DNA of 22,233 nt from Elusimicrobiota bacterium (lineage in GTDB: Bacteria; Elusimicrobiota; Elusimicrobia; UBA1565), in the NCBI GenBank assembly GCA_043819795.1, contig JBDREN010000028.1:1-22233 (forward strand), read 5' to 3'. The translations under genes and the position numbers were made by a program. Below, piece by piece: positions 14,374-22,233 of this stretch. Each line of letters opens with the position of its first letter. The first letter of the stretch is position 1. The notes under the pieces were generated by a model that did no database searches, had not been told where the DNA came from, and worked only from the letters and a program-made list of their open reading frames with translations.

Positions 14374-15740
14374 CAGAGGGCCTCCACCAGTTCCTCGAGG
14401 CGCATGACCCGCGAGGCCTTGAAGTAGACCGCGGTTCCGGCTCCGAGCCGGCCGCGCAGGGGACCGGCCAGCGTGCCGGCCGCCTGCGCGTGGACGACGG
14501 GGAAGCGAGCCCCGCCCGCGCGCAGCCCGACGGCCGTCTCGGCCATCCGCTCCCCCGCCAGGCAGACGCCCGCCAGGGGCAGCGTGGCCAGCCACCGGCC
14601 GACCTCCCGGTGGAGGCGGGCGGAAGACGCCCCGAGCTCAGCCATGTCGCCCAGGACGACGATCCGCTCGCCGCCGGTGGTCTCCAGGAAGGTCTCGACG
14701 CCCGCGCGCACGGAGGCCGGGTTCGCGTTGTAGGTGTCCACGATCAATAGCGCCCCGGAGGGGTGCCGGCGCGGCACGAAGCGCAGGGGCGGCGGCCGGA
14801 AAGCCGCTAGACCGGCCTCGATCTCTTCGGCCCCGAATCCGAGCGCCAGCGAGCCGGCGGCGGCCGCGGCCGCGTTGATCCGGTGTATGCCGCCGTAGTG
14901 CGCTCCCCCAACGGACACCCGGCGGCCGTCAACGTCGAGCGCGATCTCGTTCGGCCGCGCTTCGGGCGGCGCGAGCACGCGGACGCGCGCCCCGCGTCCG
15001 CGGCCGAACGTGACCGCCCGGGAGCCCAGCCGCTCCGTGAGGCGGGCCAGCCAGGGGTCGTCGCCGTTGAGCGCGACCGGGGCGTCGGGGGGAAGCCCCT
15101 CGACGAGCTCCGACTTGGTCCGGAAAACGTTCTCAAGGTCCCCGAAGAACTCGAGGTGGGCCGGGCCGATGTTCGTCAGGACGCCCGCCGTCGGCCCCAC
15201 GAGCCGGGTAAGGGTCCGGATGTCGCCCCGGCGGCAGGCTCCCATCTCGAAGACGCCGAAGCGGGTCGACTCGCCGAGCTCCAGGAGAGAAAGCGGGACC
15301 CCGACCTCGTTGTTGAGATTCCCGGGGCTCGCGCATACCTCGCCGCGGCGCGATAGGACGGCGCGCATCATCTCCTTGACCGTCGTCTTGCCGTTCGTGC
15401 CGGTGACGCCGACGACCGGCACGCGGAACCGGCGCCGGTGGAAGGCGGCCAGCTCGCCGAGCGCCCGGAGCGTGTCGGCCACCTCGACGATGCGCCCGGG
15501 CTTGGCCTCCGGCAGCCGCGCCCCGTCGCGCACGACCCAGCCGCCGGCCGCGCGCGCGCGGTCCTCATCGAGGAAGTCATGGGCGTCGAAACGCGCGCCC
15601 GCCAGGGCCCAGAAGGCCTGCCCGGGCGCCAGCCGCCGGCTGTCGGTCGACAGCGAGCCAAACGGGTCCGCGGTTCCCCCGCGCACGAGCGCTCCGCCGG
15701 TGGCGCGCGCGACGTCGCCCCAGGTGAGGTTCAAGTCCAT
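14373..15740 (-). CDS. murF: UDP-MurNAc-tripeptide--D-Ala-D-Ala ligase MurF
   Basis: STDSR, FDAHDF, VTGTNGKTTVKEM, NLNNEVGVPLSL, DTYNANPAS, LGDMAELG, KASR. Confidence 0.97.
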   Translation of the reverse strand: MDLNLTWGDVARATGGALVRGGTADPFGSLSTDSRRLAPGQAFWALAGARFDAHDFLDEDRARAAGGWVVRDGARLPEAKPGRIVEVADTLRALGELAAFHRRRFRVPVVGVTGTNGKTTVKEMMRAVLSRRGEVCASPGNLNNEVGVPLSLLELGESTRFGVFEMGACRRGDIRTLTRLVGPTAGVLTNIGPAHLEFFGDLENVFRTKSELVEGLPPDAPVALNGDDPWLARLTERLGSRAVTFGRGRGARVRVLAPPEARPNEIALDVDGRRVSVGGAHYGGIHRINAAAAAAGSLALGFGAEEIEAGLAAFRPPPLRFVPRRHPSGALLIVDTYNANPASVRAGVETFLETTGGERIVVLGDMAELGASSARLHREVGRWLATLPLAGVCLAGERMAETAVGLRAGGARFPVVHAQAAGTLAGPLRGRLGAGTAVYFKASRVMRLEELVEAL

Positions 15741-15752
15741 CGATAGTCGTCC

Positions 15753-17276
15753 TCAGATCCTTCGCAAATCTTTCAACGCCGCCCGGGCGATCTCGCGGTC
15801 GTCGGAGCGGATCGTCCGGTCCTTGATGACCTGCTGGTCCTCGTGGCCCTTGCCGGCGATCAGCACGATGTCCCCGTCCTGGGCAACGCGCACCGCCTCA
15901 CGGATGGCGTCCGTCCGGTCGGGGACGATGCGGTAGTTCTCGAAACCGCCCGCTTGGATGCCCGCCTCGATCTCCCTCAGGATGTCGATCGGGTCCTCCC
16001 CTCGGGGGTTGTCGGATGTGGCGAAGGCCAGGTCGCTGCCGGAGCAGGCCGCGGCCCCCATGGGGCCGCGCTTGCTCTTGTCGCGGTCGCCTCCGCAGCC
16101 GAAGACCGTGATGATGCGTCGGTGCGGAAGGCCGCGCAGCGCCGCGAGCACGGCGGCAAGGGCGCTCTCGGTATGGGCGTAGTCCACGAGCACCGAGAAG
16201 CCCTGGCCCGCGTCCACCGCCTCGAGCCGGCCGGGGATCCTCTCGAGCGCCGATAGGCCCTCGAGGATATCCTCCGGGGCGAAGCCGACCTCCGAGGCAG
16301 CGGCCGCGGCGGCCAGAGCGTTGTAGACGTTGTGGCGGCCGAGCAGGAGTATCCTGGCGGCGCATTCGCGCTCCCGCAGGCGCAGCCTGAAGGCCGAGCC
16401 GGCGACTCCCGCCACGACGCCGTCCGCCGCGTAGTCGGCCTCGGGGCCGAGTCCGTAGGTGACGATCCTCACGTCCAGCACGCGCCGCCTGAGGCGCGCG
16501 TAGGTCTCATCGTCGCGGTTGAGTACGGCGACGCGCCGGGTCTTGGCCGAGTCCGCCCGCTCCAGCAGCTCGAAGAGACGCTCCTTGGCCGCGAAGTAGG
16601 CCTCCCGGGTCTTGTGGAAGTCCAAGTGGTCGCTCTGGAGGTTCGTCATCACGCCCGCGTCGAAATGGACCTCATCGACGCGTCCGGTGGCCAGGGCGTG
16701 GGACGAGACCTCCATCACGACGTGGGTCGCGCCCTGGGCGCGCATGCGGGCGAGCAGGCGGGTCACGTCGAGCGAGAATGGGGTCGTGTTGACCGCCTTC
16801 TCCAGCGTGCGGTGGCGCAGGCGGTGGCCGATCGTGCCGATGACCCCGGGAACGCCGCCCGCGCGGCTGATGATCGACTCGAGGAAGTAGGTCGCGCTCG
16901 TCTTGCCGGTCGTCCCGGTGACCCCGATGACGACCATGCCCGCGGAGGGGTCGCCGAAAAAGGTGGAGGCCGCCTTGCTCATGGCGCCCAAGACGTCGCG
17001 GACCTGGATCCAGGCGACGGACTCGCCCGGCATGTCGGTCCGGGTCAGCGTCATCGGGGCCGGCGGGGGCTTGAGCTCGCTGACGACCGCGACCGCCCCT
17101 TTGCCCACCGCTTGGCGGATGTAGCGGTTGCCGTCGGTCCGCGCGCCCGGCAGAGCGAAGAAGAGATCCCCCGGGGTGGCGCGCCTCGAATCGAGCGTCA
17201 CGCCCCGGACCTCGACCTCGAGGCTTCCGCTCGTGAAGACGGGTGAGAACCCGGTGAGCATCTCGCGCAGCCTCAT
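15753..17276 (-). CDS. murE: UDP-MurNAc-dipeptide--meso-diaminopimelate ligase MurE
   Basis: GVTGTTGKT, NTTP, MEVSSH, DHLDFH, VDYAHT, FGCGGDRD, SDNPR (DAP-type motif), AGKGHE; ATG 17276 overlaps the ftsI TGA. Confidence 0.97.
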   Translation of the reverse strand: MRLREMLTGFSPVFTSGSLEVEVRGVTLDSRRATPGDLFFALPGARTDGNRYIRQAVGKGAVAVVSELKPPPAPMTLTRTDMPGESVAWIQVRDVLGAMSKAASTFFGDPSAGMVVIGVTGTTGKTSATYFLESIISRAGGVPGVIGTIGHRLRHRTLEKAVNTTPFSLDVTRLLARMRAQGATHVVMEVSSHALATGRVDEVHFDAGVMTNLQSDHLDFHKTREAYFAAKERLFELLERADSAKTRRVAVLNRDDETYARLRRRVLDVRIVTYGLGPEADYAADGVVAGVAGSAFRLRLRERECAARILLLGRHNVYNALAAAAAASEVGFAPEDILEGLSALERIPGRLEAVDAGQGFSVLVDYAHTESALAAVLAALRGLPHRRIITVFGCGGDRDKSKRGPMGAAACSGSDLAFATSDNPRGEDPIDILREIEAGIQAGGFENYRIVPDRTDAIREAVRVAQDGDIVLIAGKGHEDQQVIKDRTIRSDDREIARAALKDLRRI

Positions 17277-19207
17277 CAGGCCGCCTCGCCCTCGGGCGCG
17301 TCTCCGGGGTCGTCCGCGCGGCCGGGCTCCGAGCGCCCGACTCCGGGAGGGGCCCTGTCGGGAAAGAGGTCGCGGTTGAGCAAAGATGGCCTGGGCAGAG
17401 GCCTCGGTATCGGCATCGGCGACGGCAGCGCCCTTGGGGGGTGCGCGGGGGCGGGGACGTTCGGGGGGCCTGCCTGCGCGGTCCCGCCCTCGGAGACATC
17501 GCCGAGGACGGCTGTCTTGAGCGCCGTCTTCCGGGCGGGGCCTCTCCCCTGGCTCCACCGCAGCGGGAGGGGGCTGTCGGGCGCGACGGCGTGCATGGCG
17601 AGGAGCTGGCCCGCGACCTCCGCGAAGACCGGCGCGGCGACCTCGGAGCCGTAGTGGCCTTCCTGCGGACGGTCGACCACGACGAGGATAGTGAAGCGCG
17701 GGTTCCCGGCCGGGAAGTACCCGACGAACGAGGAGATGTACTCGGTCTGGGAGTACCGCCCGGTCTTGGAATCGATCTTCTGGGCCGTGCCGGTCTTCCC
17801 GGCCGTCCGGTAGCCGGGGATGCGGGCGCGGAGCCCGGTCCCCTGCTCGACCACGCGCTCGAGCATGCGGCTGACCCGCTCCACGGTCTCCGGGCGGGCC
17901 ACGCGCCGGACCCTGACCGGCCCGCGACGGGCGTCGTCGCCGACCGCCAGCACCAGCCGGGGCTCCATCAGATAGCCGCCGTTTCCGACCGATGAGAAGG
18001 CCCCGATCAGCTGCAGCGCGGTGACGGCGACCCCCTGCCCGAACGCGGCGTTCGCCAGCCGTATATCGCGCATGCCCCGCGCCCGCTCCAGAAGTCCCGC
18101 GCTCTCTCCCGGCAGCGCCACTCCGGTCTTGTAGCCGAAGCCGAAAAGTCGGCAATAGCGCAGGAAGGTCTCGGGGCCCAGCCGCAGGCCCAGCTTGGCG
18201 GTGCCGATGTTCGAAGAGAGCTGGATGATCTCGGGAAGGGTGAGCAGCCCCCTCTTGTCGTGGTCCCTGATCGTCAGGTTCGGGGCCAGCGGCCAGGCGC
18301 CGTTCTCACAGTCGATCCGTTCGCCGGGGCGGCTCGCGCCCGTATCGAGCGCCGCCCCGGCGACGACGAGCTTGAAGGTCGAGCCCGGCTCGAAGACGTC
18401 CTGGATCGCCGGATTGCGCAGGGGGTCCTCGGGCTGGACCGCCATGGCGAGGACCTCGCCGGAGGCGGGGTCCTGCACGATCACGGCGCCCCCCTTGGCG
18501 CGGTGCCGCCGTATCGCTCGCGCGAGGGCCGTCTCCGAGAAGTACTGGACCGTGCGGTCGATGCTAAGCCTTAGATCGGGCGGGGACGGAAGCTCGTCGA
18601 AGCCCTTCTCGGCGATCGCGCGGCCGGCTCCGTCGCGCGTGAGCCACACCGGTTTCGCCCGCCCGGAGAGTTCCTTGTCGAACGCGTACTCGAGCCCGGC
18701 GCTGCCGCGCCCCTGGGCGTTGACCGCTCCAAGCACCGGCCTGGCCAGCCGGCCGTTCGGGTAGTAACGCCGCTCGTCGGCCACGATCCCCACCGACCGC
18801 AGCTTCAGGGCCTTTAGCCGGCGCACCTCGTCGAACGCCATCCAGCGCTTGATCCAGACGGTGCGCCGATTGGAGTCGGCCTTTCGCCGCAGCGCCTCCG
18901 GGTCCAGCTCCAGCGTCCGCGCGATCGCGCGGATCTGCCGCTCGCGCTCGCCGGCCGAAGGCCCCAGGACCTTGAGGTCCAGGAAGCTCGACCATGCCGG
19001 CACCGACTCCGCCAGGACGCGGCCGTGCCGGTCCAGGATGCGCCCGCGCGGGACGATCTCAAGAGAACGGCTGGCGGTGGAGCGGTCCACGCGCGAAGAG
19101 AGCGCGTCGTGGCGGACGATCTGGAGGTAGCTGAGGCGGAGGGTGATCGGGAGCAGGGGCCCCAGGCAAAGAAGGGTGCTGACGAAGAGACGGGAACGGG
19201 CGGGCAT
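17276..19207 (-). CDS. ftsI: Class B penicillin-binding protein (FtsI/PBP3-like) with a Pro-rich C-terminal tail
   Basis: N-terminal TM segment, RGRILDRHG, RYYPNG, GLE, SxxK (EPGSTFK), SxN (SSN), KTG (GKTGTAQK); position in the dcw cluster. Confidence 0.95.
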   Translation of the reverse strand: MPARSRLFVSTLLCLGPLLPITLRLSYLQIVRHDALSSRVDRSTASRSLEIVPRGRILDRHGRVLAESVPAWSSFLDLKVLGPSAGERERQIRAIARTLELDPEALRRKADSNRRTVWIKRWMAFDEVRRLKALKLRSVGIVADERRYYPNGRLARPVLGAVNAQGRGSAGLEYAFDKELSGRAKPVWLTRDGAGRAIAEKGFDELPSPPDLRLSIDRTVQYFSETALARAIRRHRAKGGAVIVQDPASGEVLAMAVQPEDPLRNPAIQDVFEPGSTFKLVVAGAALDTGASRPGERIDCENGAWPLAPNLTIRDHDKRGLLTLPEIIQLSSNIGTAKLGLRLGPETFLRYCRLFGFGYKTGVALPGESAGLLERARGMRDIRLANAAFGQGVAVTALQLIGAFSSVGNGGYLMEPRLVLAVGDDARRGPVRVRRVARPETVERVSRMLERVVEQGTGLRARIPGYRTAGKTGTAQKIDSKTGRYSQTEYISSFVGYFPAGNPRFTILVVVDRPQEGHYGSEVAAPVFAEVAGQLLAMHAVAPDSPLPLRWSQGRGPARKTALKTAVLGDVSEGGTAQAGPPNVPAPAHPPRALPSPMPIPRPLPRPSLLNRDLFPDRAPPGVGRSEPGRADDPGDAPEGEAA

Positions 19208-19226
19208 CTATCGCACGCTCAGAGCG

Positions 19227-19568
19227 CTATCGCATGAGGCGGCTGAGATACCGGGGCTCCTCCCGCCCGGGGTTCTCGCGAGGCGGCTGAGGCCTGGAGA
19301 CGGAGCTGCCGAGGAACACGATGGTCTCCGGGCTCGGCGGAGCCATCCCGAGGCGCCGCCGGGCGGCCTCGGCCAGGCGGTCCGGGGTGTGCAGGCGCTC
19401 GGCCTCGAGCCGGAGATAGGCCATGCTGCCGGACCGCTCCTTCAGCTCGCCGCGGACGTGGCCCACGGCGTAGCTCAGGCGCGTCGCCTGGACCTGCTGC
19501 CATAGCAGCACGAAGATCAGGCAGGCGGCCCCGCCGCAGGCCCACAGGGTTTTCTTATGTCTCTTCAT
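19227..19568 (-). CDS. ftsL: FtsL-like cell division protein, 113 aa
   Basis: Basic N-terminus MKRHKK, one TM segment, heptad/coiled-coil region, PDRLAEAARRRLGM; lies between rsmH and ftsI. Confidence 0.8.
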   Translation of the reverse strand: MKRHKKTLWACGGAACLIFVLLWQQVQATRLSYAVGHVRGELKERSGSMAYLRLEAERLHTPDRLAEAARRRLGMAPPSPETIVFLGSSVSRPQPPRENPGREEPRYLSRLMR

Positions 19569-19572
19569 GTCT

Positions 19573-19607
19573 CGAAAACGAGGGAGGGGCTTCTCTGAGC
19601 CCCTCCC
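19573..19607 (-). terminator. Terminator-like hairpin immediately upstream of ftsL
   Basis: Minus strand GGGAGGGGCT-CAGAGA-AGCCCCTCCC (10-bp perfect stem) followed by TCGTTTT; the U-tract is imperfect. Confidence 0.5.
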
Positions 19608-19657
19608 GGCAAATCGGCGGGCACCCCGCCGAGTAGGTGCCCACCAGATCGGTGCGT

Positions 19658-19804
19658 TCAGCGCACTTTCTCTCTCCCTCCCTTGAGGAGTATCCTCCCC
19701 CAGACGTAGCCCGCGCTCGGAAACGCCGTGGGTCTGAGACTGATCACCTGCTGCCGCGTATTGAGGAACCGTAGTGAGGCGTACGGCATCATGTTTTGGT
19801 TCAT
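19658..19804 (-). CDS. Hypothetical 48-aa small ORF coupled to rsmH
   Basis: ATG overlaps the rsmH TGA (ATGA); MNQNMMPYASLRFLNTRQQVISLRPTAFPSAGYVWGRILLKGGREKVR. No recognised homology. Confidence 0.3.
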   Translation of the reverse strand: MNQNMMPYASLRFLNTRQQVISLRPTAFPSAGYVWGRILLKGGREKVR

Positions 19805-20703
19805 GCTCGCTTCTCCACCACACGGAGTTTCGCGCTCCGGCTCCGGGGGTTTCTCAAGACCTCCTCGGAGCCCGGGCGCACGGGGGAGCCGGTGACGCGC
19901 CGGCACGCCCCTTCCTCAACGGACGAACGGAATACGTTCTTCACGATGCGGTCTTCGAGCGAGTGAAAGCTGATCACGGCGATGCGCCCGCCCGGGCGCA
20001 GCAGCGGCAGGAGCCTTCCGAGAGCCGCCGTGAGGTTGTCGAGCTCCTGGTTGACGGCGATGCGCAGGGCCATGAAGGTCTTCGTGGCCCGATGGATGCG
20101 GCCCGTGCGCGGAAGCCGCGACTCGATGAGCTGGGCTAGGTCCAGGGTCGTCCGGAACGGGAGACCCTCCCGGGCCGAGACGATCCACCGGGCGATTCGG
20201 CCGGCTTGACGCTCCTCGCCGTACTCCCGCAGCAGCAGCTCGAGCTGCTCGGCGGGCCACTCGTTGACGATGCGGGCCGCGGTCAGGGGGCTTTCCGGGT
20301 CCAGGCGCATGTCCAGGGGCCCCTCCTGGAGGAGCGTGAAGCCGCGGGAAGCCGTGTCGAGCTGGGCGGAGGAGATTCCGAGGTCGAACAGGGCGCCCGT
20401 CAACGGCTGATCTTCCCGCAAAAATTGGCTCAGGTTGCGGAAGTTCGCACGGACCAGCCGGCATCTGCCGGCATGTGGCTTGAGCCGCTCAGCGGCTTGA
20501 GCAAGCGCTTCAGGATCCATGTCCGTCCCGATCAGTCTTCCCTGAGCCGAAATCGCGTCGAGGATGGCCTCCGCGTGGCCGCCGAGGCCCAGCGTGGCGT
20601 CGAGATAGGTCCCGTCCCGGTCGGTCACGAGGTGCCGGAGGACCTCTTGGAGAAGGACCGGTTCGTGTTTAGCGTCGCGTTCCATGGTCAAAGTGGGGCT
20701 CAT
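19801..20703 (-). CDS. rsmH: 16S rRNA m4C1402 methyltransferase RsmH (MraW)
   Basis: HEPVLLQE, DATLGLGGH, DLGISSAQLD, PLDMRLD, ISFHSLEDRIVK, NPRSRSAKLR. Start 20703 (ATGA overlap with mraZ) or 20685. Confidence 0.98.
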   Translation of the reverse strand: MSPTLTMERDAKHEPVLLQEVLRHLVTDRDGTYLDATLGLGGHAEAILDAISAQGRLIGTDMDPEALAQAAERLKPHAGRCRLVRANFRNLSQFLREDQPLTGALFDLGISSAQLDTASRGFTLLQEGPLDMRLDPESPLTAARIVNEWPAEQLELLLREYGEERQAGRIARWIVSAREGLPFRTTLDLAQLIESRLPRTGRIHRATKTFMALRIAVNQELDNLTAALGRLLPLLRPGGRIAVISFHSLEDRIVKNVFRSSVEEGACRRVTGSPVRPGSEEVLRNPRSRSAKLRVVEKRA

Positions 20704-21152
20704 ATGTCCATGTCCTTCGCCAATTCCTCGAAGGAGGGAGCGGCCTGCTTGCGCTGGTACGCGCTCCAGCGCTTGCGGTCCCATACCTCGGCCTTGTCCC
20801 CGGCCCCGGCGATGACGACGTCTTTCTTGAGCCGCGCATGGTCCTTGAGGTTCTGAGGGATGAGCACTCTCCCCTGCTCGTCCAGAGGCGCCTCCACCGC
20901 GAGACTGAAGAGGTGGCGTCGGACCGCCCGCGCCTTCACCTTGTCCGTGATCGTCTTCGCCCCCTCCTTCAAGTCCTGCAGGAAGCTCTCCCACTGGGAA
21001 GGCAAAAACAGCCAGACGCATCCGTCCAGACCCGTCGCGAGGATGAAGTGGGCGCCCTTCTCCGCGATCAACGACTCGCGGTAGCGCGGCGGAACCACCA
21101 GCCGGTTCTTCGTGTCGAGGGTGTATTGGTATTGGCCTATCGTTACGGGCAT
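20700..21152 (-). CDS. mraZ: Division/cell wall cluster transcriptional repressor MraZ
   Basis: Two SpoVT/AbrB-like repeats (LDTKNRLVVP, LDEQGRVLIP) and AEVWD. Start ATG 21152 or GTG 21158. Confidence 0.96.
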   Translation of the reverse strand: MPVTIGQYQYTLDTKNRLVVPPRYRESLIAEKGAHFILATGLDGCVWLFLPSQWESFLQDLKEGAKTITDKVKARAVRRHLFSLAVEAPLDEQGRVLIPQNLKDHARLKKDVVIAGAGDKAEVWDRKRWSAYQRKQAAPSFEELAKDMDI

Positions 21153-21188
21153 CGCCACTTTTCCCCATCAAGCCCCACTTATCCCCAC
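21153..21188 (-). promoter_or_regulatory. MraZ operator: four GTGGG-type boxes at exact 10-bp spacing
   Basis: Minus strand GTGGGG-ataa-GTGGGG-cttg-ATGGGG-aaaa-GTGGCG; matches the known MraZ TGGG direct repeats. Confidence 0.9.
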
Positions 21189-21196
21189 GAGCGCTG

Positions 21197-21225
21197 AGTA
21201 TAGAGCAAATTCCCCGGCCTGTCAA
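21197..21225 (-). promoter_or_regulatory. Sigma70 promoter of the dcw operon
   Basis: TTGACA (21225-21220), 17-nt spacer, TATACT (21202-21197). Confidence 0.9.
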
Positions 21226-21449
21226 GACCTAGATATTTTTTCCCCGGGGGACAAGGCGCTCCCGCGCCGTGGTTCTCCGACGGAGAGGCGCGGATCCCGG
21301 GGGAGCTGTTTTTTTCGGGAGATCGGCGCGCTCAGGCTTGCCGCGGGCGGGGAGCCGGGCCGCGCCGCGCCGGCCCGCACAACGGCGGACGCGGGCCGCG
21401 AGGGAGGCTCAACGTGTCGGACGCGCGGGAGGAGGTTTTTGGATGAGTC

Positions 21450-22232
21450 CTAGAGGTTGGCGGATCCGATGTCGTGACGCCAGGCGTACTCGAGCGCCTT
21501 GACGCGGTTGAACGGCATGCCGTACGCCCGGTAGAGCGCGTCCTTGACCGGCGCGCCGTCGCGCAGGAAGCGGCAGAACTTGTAGAACGACGAGCGGTAC
21601 TGGGAGCGGATCAGGAAGCGCACGACGCTGTAGGCCTGGGTGTACCAGAGCCTGATCTCGTCGTCGTCGGCGCCGATCGTGGCCTCCACGCGCATGAGGT
21701 CCGCGAGCTTGTATCCCCCCCCGCCGCGCAGGATGCCGAGGTTTGACTGCAGCCAGTTCGGGACCGCGAGGCCGCGCTCGGTCTGGACCATCGTCGCCAT
21801 GCCCTCGCTCAGCCACAAGGGGCTGTTCCTGCCGGCGATGAAGAAGCTGTCGAAATAGATATGCGTCAGCTCGTGGGCGAGGATGCCGACCATCTCCTCG
21901 CCAGCGTAGAGGTAGACCTTCCGGCGCTTGACCGAGCTGGCCCCGCCCGACCAGTCGGGGCGCCCGGTCACCTTGCGATAGCTCTCCTGGGTGCGGAACA
22001 GATAGATGGCGACGCGTTCGTCGCGCGCCCACGGCGAGAAGGCCGCCAGATCGAGCATCAGGTTCGCGTGCAGATGCTCGAGCGTCTCGAGGAGCTCGAG
22101 CGACGGGGGCCTGGTCTCCGCGTAGACGGTGAAATGTCTGGTATCGGTCTTCGTGAAGCCCTGCGGCGCGGGCGCCGGCTCCCGCTGCTCCGCGGGGGGC
22201 GCTGGAGTCCGGCGGCCCTCCGGGCTCGCGCG
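21450..22232 (-). CDS. Gluzincin / peptidase MA-like domain protein, 5' end outside the window
   Basis: AHELTH (HExxH) followed by PLWLSEGMA and YTQAYSVVRFL. The frame stays open from 22058 to the window edge (TRHFTVYAE, Pro-rich linker). Confidence 0.85.
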   Translation of the reverse strand, partial: RASPEGRRTPAPPAEQREPAPAPQGFTKTDTRHFTVYAETRPPSLELLETLEHLHANLMLDLAAFSPWARDERVAIYLFRTQESYRKVTGRPDWSGGASSVKRRKVYLYAGEEMVGILAHELTHIYFDSFFIAGRNSPLWLSEGMATMVQTERGLAVPNWLQSNLGILRGGGGYKLADLMRVEATIGADDDEIRLWYTQAYSVVRFLIRSQYRSSFYKFCRFLRDGAPVKDALYRAYGMPFNRVKALEYAWRHDIGSANL

Positions 22233-22233
22233 G

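Noticed and set aside
19569..19800. Actinobacterial mraW RNA motif
   Set aside because: That motif lies upstream of mraW and has a CUUCCCC loop. This element is downstream and lacks that loop on the mRNA strand.
9508..21225. Apparent fusions or long N-terminal extensions in the ORF track (9508..12210, 15753..18155, 19801..21225, 13288..14595, 19227..19823)
   Set aside because: These are stop-poor alternative frames of the upstream gene in GC-rich DNA. The likely starts sit at stop/start overlaps or at the beginning of the recognisable domain.
21226..21449. GC-rich stems in the peptidase-mraZ intergenic region (for example GGCCCGC/GCGGGCC, 21372-21397)
   Set aside because: Short stems are expected by chance at this GC content. 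The T-runs are on the plus strand, so no terminator for the minus-strand gene can be supported.
1193..21858. Many long plus-strand ORFs (for example 6934..8766, 11948..13696, 9190..10443)
   Set aside because: They are antisense shadows of well-supported minus-strand genes and show no family motifs.

Overview
GC-rich bacterial window in which every recognisable gene is on the minus strand. In transcription order (right to left): a 5'-truncated HExxH metallopeptidase-like gene; a sigma70 promoter with four phased MraZ boxes; a division/cell-wall cluster (mraZ, rsmH, a 232-bp structured insert, ftsL-like, ftsI, murE, murF, mraY, murD, ftsW, murG) that runs straight into surE, a CapA-family metallophosphoesterase and an orphan histidine kinase with a degenerate GGDEF domain; then a Crp/Fnr regulator, hisS and aspS. 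The first 1.2 kb is the most unusual part. It holds a decaying DUF559 (Vsr-like) endonuclease gene bracketed by inverted REP-like palindromes, a predicted 145-nt rod structure, and two unrelated tandem arrays (29 bp and 76 bp), each made of truncated copies of a hairpin and ending in the intact hairpin. Other candidates are an attenuator-like insert between rsmH and ftsL, a structured 142-bp element upstream of crp-hisS-aspS, and a very basic N-terminal tail on MurD. Protein calls come from motif recognition and all folds were worked out by hand; no searches or folding programs were run.
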